Below are positions 1-9,409 of a stretch of DNA of 64,000 nucleotides, in pieces. A program made the position numbers and the translations under genes. This stretch comes from Alphaproteobacteria bacterium (GTDB lineage: Bacteria; Pseudomonadota; Alphaproteobacteria; CADEGL01): assembly GCA_026400755.1 (NCBI GenBank), contig JAPLOM010000011.1, positions 135,501 to 199,500 on the forward strand, in the 5' to 3' direction. The stretch's first letter is position 1, and every line of letters starts with the position of its first letter. The notes below the pieces were generated by a model that ran no database searches, was not told the origin of the DNA, and saw only the letters and a list, made by a program, of their open reading frames with translations.

Positions 1-177
1 GGCCCCACGCTCAAGAAGCAGGGCCTGATCTTCGTCGGCATCGATGTGATCGGCGACTACATGACCGAGATCAACGTCACCTCGCCGACCGGCATCCAGG
101 AGATCAACCGCCTGGACGGAATCCATATCGAAGCCATGATCTGGGACGCCATCGAACGCCGCTTGAAGGAGCGATGA
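1..177 (+). CDS. gshB: glutathione synthetase, C-terminal fragment (gene start lies outside the window)
   Basis: Frame-1 ORF runs from the window edge to TGA at 175-177. The translation ...[41 protein letters not shown] matches the conserved ATP-grasp C-terminus of bacterial GshB. A 4-bp ATGA overlap links it to the next gene. Confidence 0.8.
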   Translation, partial: GPTLKKQGLIFVGIDVIGDYMTEINVTSPTGIQEINRLDGIHIEAMIWDAIERRLKER

Positions 178-836
178 CCATGAACAAACCCACGCAGCCG
201 GCGGCAGACGCCATCCACTATTACGATCCGCGCACGGGCCAGCATGGGCTGCCGCGCAACCCGTTCAAGAGCCTGGTCGTGCCGCGGCCGATCGGCTGGA
301 TCTCCAGCTGGTCCAAGAACGGCGTCGCCAATCTCGGCCCCTACAGCTTTTTCAACGCCGTCGCCGAGACGCCGCCCATGGTGGCGTTCTGCTCCTCGCG
401 CCGGCCGAAGAGCGACGACTTCAAGGATTCGCAGCTGAACGCCGAGGAGACCGGCGAGTTCGTCGTCAATATCTGCACCGAGAATCTGAAAGAGCAGATG
501 AACATCAGCTCGGCCCCTTATGGCGCCGATGTCGACGAGTTCGAGAAGGCTGGCCTGACCAAGGGCGAGTGCCGCAACGTGAAAGCCCCGCGCGTGGCCG
601 AAGCCGCCGTGGCGCTGGAGTGCAAATACTATAAGACGATCGAACTGCCCTCCGTGCCGGGCGAGCACAGCCACGTGATGGTGCTGGGCTCGGTCGTCGG
701 CATCCACATCAACAAGTCGATCCTGACCGACGGCATGGTCGACATGAAGAAGTTCCGCCCCATCGCGCGGCTCGGCTACTGGCAATACACCGTGGTCGAC
801 AACGCGTTCTGGATGGACCCGCCGGAAGCGACGTAG
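174..836 (+). CDS. flavin reductase-like (FMN-binding split-barrel) family protein
   Basis: 220-aa ORF with ATG at 174. The high-GC codon pattern and the PIGWISSW...GPYSFFN motif region are typical of the flavin reductase-like domain. Confidence 0.75.
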   Translation: MTMNKPTQPAADAIHYYDPRTGQHGLPRNPFKSLVVPRPIGWISSWSKNGVANLGPYSFFNAVAETPPMVAFCSSRRPKSDDFKDSQLNAEETGEFVVNICTENLKEQMNISSAPYGADVDEFEKAGLTKGECRNVKAPRVAEAAVALECKYYKTIELPSVPGEHSHVMVLGSVVGIHINKSILTDGMVDMKKFRPIARLGYWQYTVVDNAFWMDPPEAT

Positions 837-837
837 C

Positions 838-1305
838 TCACTTCTCGGTCCAGAGCGACCGCGGTCGCGTGTGGATGATCTCCGCGATACGGCGTTCCAG
901 CCGCGCGCGGGATTCCTCGGGCGGCAATTCCTCTTCCCGCGCCAACTGACGGACGGCCAGCTTGCGGGCGCGCCGTTGGACGGTGGCTTCCAGGCTCTCG
1001 TCGGGCACCAGCGCGTAGACGAGTTTGCAGCCGAGCGCCTCGGCGGCCTTCTCCAGCGTCTTGAGCGTGACCGTACCGTCGGCTTCGCGTCGCTCCATCT
1101 CGAAGACGGAGGTGGGGGTGATGCCGAGGCGGGCGCCAAGCTGGGCGGCCGTCATACCCAGCGCGTCGCGGATCGCGCGCAGCCAGCCGGAATGCGGGCG
1201 GACCTCGGCCGAGCCTCTCGGTTGCAGCCGCCGATCCAGGTCGCGCCGCGCGGAAATGCGCATTTGCGCCGCGAACGAGACGGGTGGTCCCATTGGAGAA
1301 GTCAT
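838..1305 (-). CDS. XRE-type helix-turn-helix protein (resembles the 'mobile mystery protein A' family)
   Basis: 155-aa ORF with a central HTH, LRAIRDALGMTAAQLGARLGITPTSVFEMERRE, and a conserved tail, GTVTLKTLEKAAEALGCKLVYALVP. It is divergent from comM across an AT-rich gap at 1306-1428. Confidence 0.65.
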   Translation of the reverse strand: MTSPMGPPVSFAAQMRISARRDLDRRLQPRGSAEVRPHSGWLRAIRDALGMTAAQLGARLGITPTSVFEMERREADGTVTLKTLEKAAEALGCKLVYALVPDESLEATVQRRARKLAVRQLAREEELPPEESRARLERRIAEIIHTRPRSLWTEK

Positions 1306-1475
1306 TTATAGGTTATAGACGATATTTTAAACTATTAATATAGGCTTTAGCCTTTAAACCAATTTTTAGCGCAGAGGGCGGCGCGACACCCTTCTCATCC
1401 TCTAGGCTTTGTTCCTTATTGGTTCTCCTTGCCGATCCCGCATAAGATCGCCGGTCTTCACCAACCGGGGGCTAA

Positions 1476-3000
1476 CTTGGTCGCGCGGGTCACGACGGTT
1501 GCGTTCCAGGGCATCGAGGCGCGCGCGGTGGACGTGCAGGTCCAGATGTCCTCGGGCCTGCCGGCCTTCACCGTGGTGGGGTTGCCCGACAAGGCCGTGG
1601 GCGAATCGCGCGAGCGGGTGCGCGCGGCGCTGACCGCCCTGGGCCTGGCGCTGCCGCCCAAGCGTATCACCGTGAACCTGGCGCCGGCCGACCTGTTGAA
1701 GGAAGGCAGCCATTTCGATCTCCCCATCGCGATCGCGTTGCTGGTCACGCTCGGCGTGTTGCCGGAAGAAGAAATCGCGCAATACGCCGCGCTCGGCGAA
1801 TTGTCCCTCGACGGACAGATCCGCGCCGTCGCCGGCGTGCTGCCCGCCGCCATCACGGCCGCGTCCCTCGGGCGCGGCTTGATCTGTCCGGCCGAGTGCG
1901 GCGGCGAGGCCGCGTGGGCCGGCGAGATCGACGTGTTGGCGACACCGTCGCTCCTCGCCCTCATCAATCATTTCAAGGGCACCCAGGTTTTGTCGCCGCC
2001 GCAGCGCGCATTGGCCGAGGACGGCGCACGCTATCCCGACCTGCGCGACATCAAGGGACAGGAGACAGCCAAGCGCGCGCTCGAGATCGCGGCAGCCGGC
2101 GGCCACAACATTCTGATGATCGGCCCGCCGGGCTCGGGCAAATCCATGCTGGCGCAACGCCTGCCTGGATTGCTGCCGCCGCTCGACGCCGGCGAAGCAC
2201 TGGAAGTGAGCATGGTGCACAGCGTGGCGGGCCTGCTCGATGGCGGGCGCCTCACGCGCCGCCGCCCGTTCCGCGATCCGCATCATTCGGCCTCGCTGCC
2301 CGCGCTTGTCGGCGGTGGTGTGCGCGCGCGGCCAGGCGAGGTGAGCCTGGCCCATAACGGCGTCTTGTTCCTGGACGAGCTGCCGGAGTTCCAGCGCGCG
2401 ACGCTCGAATCCCTGCGCCAGCCGATCGAAAGCGGCCGCGCCACCGTCGCGCGCGCCAACCACCACCTCACCTACCCCGCACGCTTCCAACTGGTGGCCG
2501 CGATGAACCCGTGCCGCTGCGGCCACCTGGCCGACGCTGCCTTCGCTTGCGGCCGTGCGCCCAAATGCGCGCAGGATTATCAGTCGCGCATCAGCGGCCC
2601 CATGTTCGACCGCATCGACCTGCATGTGGACGTGCCGGCGGTGAATCCCTCCGACTTGTCCCTACCGCCACCCGCCGAAGGCAGCGCAGAAGTGGCCGCG
2701 CGCGTGGCCCAAACGCGGGACATCCAACGCGCGCGTTACGCGAAGTACGACTCCGCAACGCCGATCCGCGCCAACGCGCAAGCCGACGGCGAATTACTGG
2801 AAGAAGTCGCTGGCCCCGACGCGGACGGCCGCAAGCTCCTGACCGATGCGGCCGAACGGTTCAAACTGTCCGCGCGCGGCTATCATCGCGTCCTGCGCGT
2901 GGCGCGCACCATCGCCGACCTGATGGGCGCGCCTTCCGTCGCGCGCGGCCACATCGCGGAAGCGCTGGCCTATCGCAAGATCGCGTTGGGGCGAGAGTAA
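1476..3000 (+). CDS. comM: YifB/ComM family Mg-chelatase-like AAA+ ATPase
   Basis: The ORF track gives 1429-3000. The family N-terminus ...VARVTTVAFQGIEA fits a TTG start at about 1476. Walker A (GPPGSGKS), the sensor/arginine-finger region and a C-terminal magnesium-chelatase domain are all present. Confidence 0.85.
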
Positions 3001-3125
3001 GGCCGCGACCCTTGGCCTTTCTGGAACCAGATCGATGAAAGCGGTCTTCCCCATATGAAGCACGGCACAGGCCTTGATTTTGTTTGGGAGGCGTAGGCTG
3101 TGGATCGTGCAAGTGGAGAGGCAAC

Positions 3126-3773
3126 ATGACCGAGGCGTTGACGATCTGGACATTCGATTGGGTGCCCGAAGGCACGCCCGGTCCCCGCGGTTATGTTCGA
3201 GACTTGAGACTGCGCTGGGCATGCGAAGAAGCGGGCTTGGACTACAAAGTCCGGTCTGTTCCGTTCAAGAACCGCGGAGCGGAGCACTTCGCGCGTCAGC
3301 CTTTCGGCCAAGTGCCTTTCCTGGAAGACAGAGGCATCACCGTGTTCGAAAGCGGCGCTTGTCTTCTGCATCTCGCGCGAAAAAGTGAAAAGCTGATGCC
3401 CCACGATCCCGAGGGCGAGGCAGAGACGCTGGAATGGACGATTGCCGCGCTTAATTCCATCGAGATGGTCACGGTGCCTTGGTGGTTCATCGGCCTGTCC
3501 AATAACACGAACAACCCGCTCGAAAGCTGGATGCTGCAGCGCTTGAAACACCTGGAAGCTGTGTTGGCGCAGCGTGAGTGGCTTGCCGCCGGACAGTTTA
3601 CCGTTGCCGATCTCCTGATGGCAGACGTGCTTCGGATCCCGAAGGTCAGGGCTGCCGGTGATTTTCCAGCAATACGATCTTACGTCGATCGAGTCTGCGC
3701 GCGCCCTGCTTTCAAACGAGCCTACGACGGCCAGATGGCGCATTTCGCTAAGGGCGATAAGCTCAGCCGGTAA
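3126..3773 (+). CDS. glutathione S-transferase
   Basis: The ORF track gives 3084-3773. An internal ATG at 3126 (MTEALTIWTF...) gives the typical roughly 215-aa GST. The thioredoxin-like N-domain and helical C-domain pattern are present. Confidence 0.8.
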   Translation: MTEALTIWTFDWVPEGTPGPRGYVRDLRLRWACEEAGLDYKVRSVPFKNRGAEHFARQPFGQVPFLEDRGITVFESGACLLHLARKSEKLMPHDPEGEAETLEWTIAALNSIEMVTVPWWFIGLSNNTNNPLESWMLQRLKHLEAVLAQREWLAAGQFTVADLLMADVLRIPKVRAAGDFPAIRSYVDRVCARPAFKRAYDGQMAHFAKGDKLSR

Positions 3774-3816
3774 CCGGGTAGAATTCGGCGCGCAGAAAGA
3801 GTAGCCACCACTTCCG

Positions 3817-4914
3817 ATGTCCCGCCTTGTCCTCGTTTCCCTCGGCACGTTGAACGGTACGGTCCTGGAGGCCGTGGCGCGCAGCGGCGTGTTCGACGAG
3901 ATCCTGGTCGCAAGCCGCAACGCCGATTACGGGCGGCGCAAGGTGAACACGGCGCGCGTGGGCGCGGCCGTGGTGGGCAAGTTTCCCCGCATCGAATTCG
4001 TGCCCTTCGACCTGAACGGCGCCAACGCAGGCGAAGCGTTGAAGCGCATGGAGGCAGACGTGGTGGTGACCGCGCCGAGCCTTCTGCCCTGGTGGGCGGT
4101 CGACAAGCTGGGCGGCGAGAAGGGTGAGGTGGCGCGCACGGCGCCCTTCGCCACGTTCGTGGCCTGTCACGTGGCGCCCATGCTGGCCTTCCGCCGCGCG
4201 TGGGTGCAGGCGCGGCCCCACGCGGCGTGGATCAACCTGTCCTATCCCGACGGGGTGAACGCGGTGCTGACGCGCACGGGGGCCGGCCCCTTGTGCGGCA
4301 TCGGCAACGTGGAGGAGGCCGTGCCCAAGGCGCGCTTCGCCGTGGCCGATGCGCTGGGCGCGCCGCCGGAAGAGGTCGAGGTGCGCCTGGTCGCGCCCCA
4401 CGCGCTCGAATATTTCCTCTATGCCGCCGAAACGGCGAAGGAATTGCCGCCGTGCCTGGTGAAGGCGACGTGGCGCGGGCGCGACGTCTCGGCCGAAGCA
4501 CGCGCCGGTCTCTTCACCCCCATGCCGATCCTCTACGACATGGATTTCAACCTGTTGACCCAGGCCTCGGCCGTGCGGTTTCTGACCACCTTCATGGCGA
4601 AGGAAAACTCGCTGGTTCATGTGCCGGGGCCGGACGGACGCGTCGGCGGCTATCCCATGCAGGCGGGCAACCGTCGCATCGCCCTCGACCTTCCGCCCGA
4701 ATGGAGCGAAGCCGAGGCCATCGCCATGAACGAGAAGGCCCTGCATTGGGACGGCGTGGCCGGCATCACGAGCGACGGCATCATCCAGTTCACCGACAAG
4801 ACCGCCACCGCCCTGCGCACGCTTCTCGGCCGCAGCGTCTATCAGCTTTCGCCGCACGAGGCGTCGTCGATGGCGAACGAATTGCTGGCCGCGGTGGGCG
4901 CGAAGAAGTCCTAG
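3817..4914 (+). CDS. conserved hypothetical protein, possibly a saccharopine-dehydrogenase-like Rossmann fold
   Basis: 365-aa high-GC ORF with coding-like composition. The product call rests only on a weak resemblance at the N-terminus. Confidence 0.45.
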   Translation: MSRLVLVSLGTLNGTVLEAVARSGVFDEILVASRNADYGRRKVNTARVGAAVVGKFPRIEFVPFDLNGANAGEALKRMEADVVVTAPSLLPWWAVDKLGGEKGEVARTAPFATFVACHVAPMLAFRRAWVQARPHAAWINLSYPDGVNAVLTRTGAGPLCGIGNVEEAVPKARFAVADALGAPPEEVEVRLVAPHALEYFLYAAETAKELPPCLVKATWRGRDVSAEARAGLFTPMPILYDMDFNLLTQASAVRFLTTFMAKENSLVHVPGPDGRVGGYPMQAGNRRIALDLPPEWSEAEAIAMNEKALHWDGVAGITSDGIIQFTDKTATALRTLLGRSVYQLSPHEASSMANELLAAVGAKKS

Positions 4915-4987
4915 CGTTTATCCCGATATTAGGCAGCAAGCATACCAAGCAACCCCTCGGTATATGTGTGATCGGGCGATCGCGCCC

Positions 4988-5623
4988 TTATAGTCGTTCT
5001 TCTTGTTCAGAATTTGGTTGCTCCGGGAGCTCGGGAATTGCGCTTTGACCTCCCCTAGGATCAGGCCTGATAAGGCGTGACATGCGCCTCGCGGGCTTTA
5101 TATGGCCATCACGCAATAACGCCGCCATGAGCCGCAGAAAACGAACGTGTCCTCGGTATTGGATGGCCCAATTTTCATTGGTTATAGCCGGGGTCGTGAT
5201 CCTGAGCTTCTTCAAGGTTTCGTAAAGCCCAACAATCGCCGGAACACAACGTTCGTAATCAGGCCCGCGAAGAGATCGCAGACCAGTTTCGATCAGCGTG
5301 GCGAGATGTACGCAGTCAGCACCGACTTTCTGGTGCCCTTTCTCGGCTCGCCCATCGATTCGCCTAAGAATGGCGTCCAGCCAAACCCCCGCCACTAGCG
5401 CGAGAACGGCCGTTGAAATCATCAGCGCCGAGGTGCTGAGCGCGGCGCTCAGGAAAGGGCTTGGGCTTGTCGCACTTTCTTGTGCAGTTGGCTGAAGAAG
5501 ATCGAGAAAAAGGACATCCCAACCTTGGGACTCCGCGACCTTCTCAACGTTGAGATAAAAGACTGGGAGGAAAAACAACCCTAGTGCCGATAGCCCCAGC
5601 CGCACGCTTGGCGATAGCTGCAT
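4988..5623 (-). CDS. hypothetical protein with two N-terminal TM helices, lying in a lower-GC islet
   Basis: 211-aa ORF. Two hydrophobic helices (LGLSALGLFFLPVFYL and ALMISTAVLALVAGVWLDAIL) precede a charged soluble region. It sits 46 bp downstream of oxyR on the same strand. Local GC is roughly 50-55 % against about 67 % in the flanks. No family was recognised. Confidence 0.3.
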   Translation of the reverse strand: MQLSPSVRLGLSALGLFFLPVFYLNVEKVAESQGWDVLFLDLLQPTAQESATSPSPFLSAALSTSALMISTAVLALVAGVWLDAILRRIDGRAEKGHQKVGADCVHLATLIETGLRSLRGPDYERCVPAIVGLYETLKKLRITTPAITNENWAIQYRGHVRFLRLMAALLRDGHIKPARRMSRLIRPDPRGGQSAIPELPEQPNSEQEERL

Positions 5624-5669
5624 GCCGGAAACCTTAACATAGCCTCCAGGGTCAGGTGCATTTGCTACC

Positions 5670-6581
5670 TCACTTCGCCTTCTCCGCCAGTCGCTTCAGT
5701 TCACTCGCCAGCAATTCGAACTCCGCGCGGCGCGCGGTGCCGCGGCGCCAGACCAGGCCCAGGTCGCGCGAGGCGCGCGCGCCGTCCAACGCGCGGGCGA
5801 CCAGCTGGGTGCCGCGCAGGATGCCGGCGTCGATCGCGATCTGCGGCAACAGCGTGACTCCGAGGCCGTTATCCACCATCTGCACCAGCGTGTGGAGGCT
5901 GGTGGCCTCGACACCCGCGCTTTCGCGCCGGTCGGCGAGCGCGCAAGCATCCAGCGCATGGCCGCGCAGGCAATGCCCATCGCGCAGGAGCAACAGGGTT
6001 TCGTGCTGGAGCGAAGCGGGCGGCACGGGCGCCGATTTCGCTAGCGGATGATCCTTGGGGCAAACCAGGCTGAACGGATCGCGCGCGACCAACGCCGTCT
6101 CGGCCGAGGGGATGTCGTAGGGCAAGGCCAGGAGCAGCACGTCGAGCTTGCCGTCGTTCAATTGCTCGACCAGGCGCGCGGTCTGGTCCTCGACCAAAAG
6201 GAGCTGGAGCGCGGGGTATGCGCGCCGCAAGCCCGGCAGGACGCGCGGCAGGAAGAACGGGCTGATCGTGGGGATGACGCCAAAGCGCAGGGGCCCCGTG
6301 AGCGGCTTGCCCCGCGCGCGGGCCAGCTCGGCCAGAGCCTCGGCCTCGTCCAGCAAACGCCGCGCGAGCTCAACCACCTCGCGCCCCAAGGGCGTGAAGA
6401 CCACCCGCCGTTGCGTGCGGTCGACCAGGGCCGCGCCGAGCGTCTGCTCCAACTCCTTGAGGCTGGCGCTGAGCGTCGATTGCGTGACATGGGCGGCCTT
6501 GGCCGCGCGGCCGAAGTGACCGTGTTCGGCCAAGGCGGCCAGGTGGCGAAGCTGCTTCAGGGTGGGAAGATTTGTTGCCAT
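5670..6581 (-). CDS. oxyR: LysR-family hydrogen-peroxide sensor/regulator OxyR
   Basis: 303-aa LysR-type transcriptional regulator with an N-terminal HTH. The redox-cysteine region GHCLRGHALDACA parallels E. coli OxyR GHCLRDQAMGFC (C199/C208). It is divergent from ahpC. Confidence 0.85.
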   Translation of the reverse strand: MATNLPTLKQLRHLAALAEHGHFGRAAKAAHVTQSTLSASLKELEQTLGAALVDRTQRRVVFTPLGREVVELARRLLDEAEALAELARARGKPLTGPLRFGVIPTISPFFLPRVLPGLRRAYPALQLLLVEDQTARLVEQLNDGKLDVLLLALPYDIPSAETALVARDPFSLVCPKDHPLAKSAPVPPASLQHETLLLLRDGHCLRGHALDACALADRRESAGVEATSLHTLVQMVDNGLGVTLLPQIAIDAGILRGTQLVARALDGARASRDLGLVWRRGTARRAEFELLASELKRLAEKAK

Positions 6582-6704
6582 CGTTTTTCTCGATCAATAA
6601 CTCCAATTTAATTCGTTGGAACGAACATACAAGGCCTCCTACATGATGTTCATTCTCATTCTTAACAACAAGTCGCCCCACCGGACGCCCCAGAGGAGAA
6701 TTTC
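6582..6704. promoter_or_regulatory. divergent oxyR / ahpCD promoter region with a probable OxyR operator
   Basis: 123-bp AT-rich gap between the divergent oxyR and ahpC starts. A GAGGAG RBS precedes the ahpC ATG. Confidence 0.45.
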
Positions 6705-7244
6705 ATGCTGACTATCGGAGACAAGCTTCCGTCCTTTGACCTGAAGACCGTGGTGTCCACCGACATCAAGACGGCCTTCACCCAGACGACGGACAAGAGC
6801 GCCAAGGGCAAGTGGACCGTCCTGTTCTTCTGGCCCAAGGACTTCACCTTCGTCTGCCCGACCGAGATCGTGGCCTTCGGCAAGCTGTCCAAGGAGTTCA
6901 AGGACCGCGACGCCGTCATCTACGGCATCTCGGCGGACACCGAGTTCGTCCACCTGGCCTGGCGCCAGAACCACGCCGACCTGAAGGATCTGTCGATCCC
7001 GATGTTGGCAGACACGAAGCGCGAGCTGTCGACCGCGCTCGGCGTGCTGCACAAGGACGAGGGCGTGCCGCTGCGCGCGACCTTCATCGCCGACCCGGAG
7101 GGGATCATCCGCTTCGTTTCGGTGAACGACCTGAGCGTCGGCCGCAACCCGCAGGAAGTCCTGCGCGTGCTGGACGCCTTGCAGACCGACGAGCTTTGCC
7201 CCTGCAACTGGCAGAAGGGCGAAGAGGTTCTGAAGGTCGCCTAA
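6705..7244 (+). CDS. ahpC: alkyl hydroperoxide reductase C (peroxiredoxin)
   Basis: Peroxidatic Cys motif FTFVCPTEI, resolving Cys region LCPCNW, 179 aa. Confidence 0.9.
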   Translation: MLTIGDKLPSFDLKTVVSTDIKTAFTQTTDKSAKGKWTVLFFWPKDFTFVCPTEIVAFGKLSKEFKDRDAVIYGISADTEFVHLAWRQNHADLKDLSIPMLADTKRELSTALGVLHKDEGVPLRATFIADPEGIIRFVSVNDLSVGRNPQEVLRVLDALQTDELCPCNWQKGEEVLKVA

Positions 7245-7305
7245 CGCCAACGAATAACCCTCGGCGGATTCGTCCGCCGGGGCTTTGGCCCCAAGGAGTT
7301 TTGCC

Positions 7306-7848
7306 ATGTCGCTCGCCGCGCTCGCCGATCGTCTGCCCGACTACGCCAAGGACCTGAAGCTCAACCTGAGCTCGCTGGCGTCCGAAGTGTCGCTGACCGA
7401 GCAGCAGCGCGCGGGTGCGTTCGTGGCCTCGGCCCTGGCCAGCCGCAACGCGGTGGTGAGCGAGGCCGTGTTGGCCGAGTTCGGCCCCAAACTGTCGCCC
7501 GAAGCGCTGACCGCCGCCAAGATTTCGGCCGCGATCATGGCCATGAACAACATCTATTACCGCTTCGTGCACCTGGCCTCCTCGCCCGACTACAAGACCA
7601 TGCCGGCGAAGCTGCGCATGAACGCGGTGGTCAAGCCCGGCGTGGACAAGTTGGATTTCGAATTGTGGTCGCTGGCCGTCTCGGCCGTGAACGGCTGCGG
7701 CATGTGCATCGATTCGCACGAGAAGATTTTGCGCCAGGCCGGCGTCTCGGCCGAGGCCGTGCAGTCGGCCGCGCGCATCGCGGCCGTGGTGCATGCCGTG
7801 GCGGCGACGCTGGAAGGCGAAGCGGTGGCGGGCGCACAAGCCGCCTGA
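7306..7848 (+). CDS. ahpD: alkylhydroperoxidase AhpD (carboxymuconolactone decarboxylase family)
   Basis: CxxC-containing motif [11 protein letters not shown]. The ORF track starts at 7285, but the ATG at 7306 ([13 protein letters not shown]) is the family-typical start. It lies directly downstream of ahpC. Confidence 0.8.
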   Translation: MSLAALADRLPDYAKDLKLNLSSLASEVSLTEQQRAGAFVASALASRNAVVSEAVLAEFGPKLSPEALTAAKISAAIMAMNNIYYRFVHLASSPDYKTMPAKLRMNAVVKPGVDKLDFELWSLAVSAVNGCGMCIDSHEKILRQAGVSAEAVQSAARIAAVVHAVAATLEGEAVAGAQAA

Positions 7849-7873
7849 CGCCGAATCGATTTTTGGAAATGAG

Positions 7874-7910
7874 AGCGGCCGATCCGGGAAACCGGGTCGG
7901 CCGTTTTCTT
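7874..7910 (+). terminator. rho-independent terminator of ahpCD
   Basis: A 12-bp GC stem, CGGCCGATCCGG-gaaa-CCGGGTCGGCCG, is followed by TTTTCTTT immediately after the ahpD stop. Confidence 0.6.
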
Positions 7911-8272
7911 TAGTCCTTGGCGATCATCCGGCCGAGCTTCTTGCCGGCAAAGACATGGATGTGGAGGTGCGGGACCTCCTGACCCGAATCCAGCCCGCAG
8001 TTGGACAGGATGCGGTAGCCCGGCTCGACCGCGCCGATGTCGCGCGCGATCTTGCCGACCGCACGGAACAGGGCGGCGATCTCAGCATCCGACGCCTTCT
8101 CGGCGAAATCGTCCATCGAGACGTAAGCGCCCTTGGGGATCACCAGGATATGGGTGGGCGCTTGCGGTGCGATGTCATGGAAGGCCAGCGTATGCTGGTC
8201 CTCATGCACCTTCTTGCAGGGGATCTCGCCGCGCAGGATGCGCGCGAAGATGTTGTTGTTGTCGTATGCCAT
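7910..8272 (-). CDS. HIT (histidine triad) family hydrolase
   Basis: MAYDNNNIFARILRGEIP... with the HIT motif HLHIHV. The start ATG was located at 8270-8272. Confidence 0.85.
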   Translation of the reverse strand: MAYDNNNIFARILRGEIPCKKVHEDQHTLAFHDIAPQAPTHILVIPKGAYVSMDDFAEKASDAEIAALFRAVGKIARDIGAVEPGYRILSNCGLDSGQEVPHLHIHVFAGKKLGRMIAKD

Positions 8273-8285
8273 CGCCGCTCTCCCG

Positions 8286-8645
8286 CTATGCCTTCTTCCT
8301 GGACGGTTTAATCTTGGCGCCGCGCGCGCGTTTCTCGGCGATGCCGGAGATGCCTTCGCGCCGCGCCAGCTCGGCCCAGACTTGCGGCGGCGCGATGCCG
8401 GCATCCGCCCACAGCACAAGCAAGTGATAGAGCACGTCGGCGCTTTCGCGCACGAGGCCGTCCTTGTTTCCCGACACCGCGTCGATCACGGCCTCGGCGG
8501 ATTCCTCGGCCAGCTTCTTCGCGATGTGCTTGGTGCCCTTGGACAGAAGCTTGGCCGTATAGGATTTTTCCGGATCGCCGCCGCGCCGCTTCTTGATCGT
8601 GGCGGAGAGCGCATCCAGCACCCGCGCGTCATGCTTCTTCGGCAT
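8286..8645 (-). CDS. hisE: phosphoribosyl-ATP pyrophosphatase
   Basis: [21 protein letters not shown]...SYTAKLL... is the HisE signature. The start overlaps the hisF stop by 4 bp. Confidence 0.85.
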   Translation of the reverse strand: MPKKHDARVLDALSATIKKRRGGDPEKSYTAKLLSKGTKHIAKKLAEESAEAVIDAVSGNKDGLVRESADVLYHLLVLWADAGIAPPQVWAELARREGISGIAEKRARGAKIKPSRKKA

Positions 8646-9409
8646 CAGCGTGTCTCCCGCACGAGCAAGCCGGCCTCGGCCAGGTGCTTTTTCGCGTCCG
8701 CGATCGAGAAGGTGCCGAAGTGGAAGATCGAGGCCGCCAGCACGGCAGAGGCGTGGCCTTCGCGCGCGCCCTCGACCAGGTGATCGAGCGTGCCGACGCC
8801 GCCAGACGCGATCACCGGCACGCGCACGGCGTCGGCGATGGCGCGCGTCAGCGGGATGTCGAAGCCCTTCTTCGTGCCGTCGCGATCCATGGAGGTGACC
8901 AGCAATTCGCCCGCGCCCAACTCCGTCATGCGGCGCGCCCATGCCACCGCATCGATCCCGGTCGCGTTACGCCCGCCATGGGTGAAGATCTCGAAGCGGC
9001 CGGGCGAGACCTGCTTGGCGTCGATGGCGACGACGATGCATTGGGTGCCGAATTTCTCGGCCGCCTCGCCCACGAATTCCGGCCGCTTCACCGCCGCCGT
9101 GTTGATCGAAACCTTGTCGGCGCCCGCGAGCAACAGGCGGCGGATGTCTTCCAGCTCGCGCACGCCACCGCCGACGGTCAGCGGCATGAAGCAGCGTTCG
9201 GCCGTGGCGCGCACCACGTCCAGCAGGATGTCGCGGTTGTCGGAGCTGGCCGTGATGTCGAGGAAACACAATTCGTCGGCGCCTGCCGCGTCATAGATGC
9301 GCGCCTGCTCGACCGGATCGCCCGCGTCGACCAGGTTGACGAATTGGACGCCCTTCACGATGCGGCCGTCCTTCACGTCCAGGCAGGGGATGAGGCGGAG
9401 CTTGAGCAT
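8645..9409 (-). CDS. hisF: imidazole glycerol phosphate synthase cyclase subunit
   Basis: The 254-aa translation [23 protein letters not shown]... is canonical HisF. Confidence 0.95.
   Translation of the reverse strand: MLKLRLIPCLDVKDGRIVKGVQFVNLVDAGDPVEQARIYDAAGADELCFLDITASSDNRDILLDVVRATAERCFMPLTVGGGVRELEDIRRLLLAGADKVSINTAAVKRPEFVGEAAEKFGTQCIVVAIDAKQVSPGRFEIFTHGGRNATGIDAVAWARRMTELGAGELLVTSMDRDGTKKGFDIPLTRAIADAVRVPVIASGGVGTLDHLVEGAREGHASAVLAASIFHFGTFSIADAKKHLAEAGLLVRETR

Noticed and set aside
1429-1475. The ORF-track start of comM at 1429 (MPIPHKIAGLHQ...).
   Set aside because: The conserved family N-terminus begins at ...VARVTTVAF. The upstream 16 codons look like translated leader, so a TTG near 1476 is preferred, though this is not proven.
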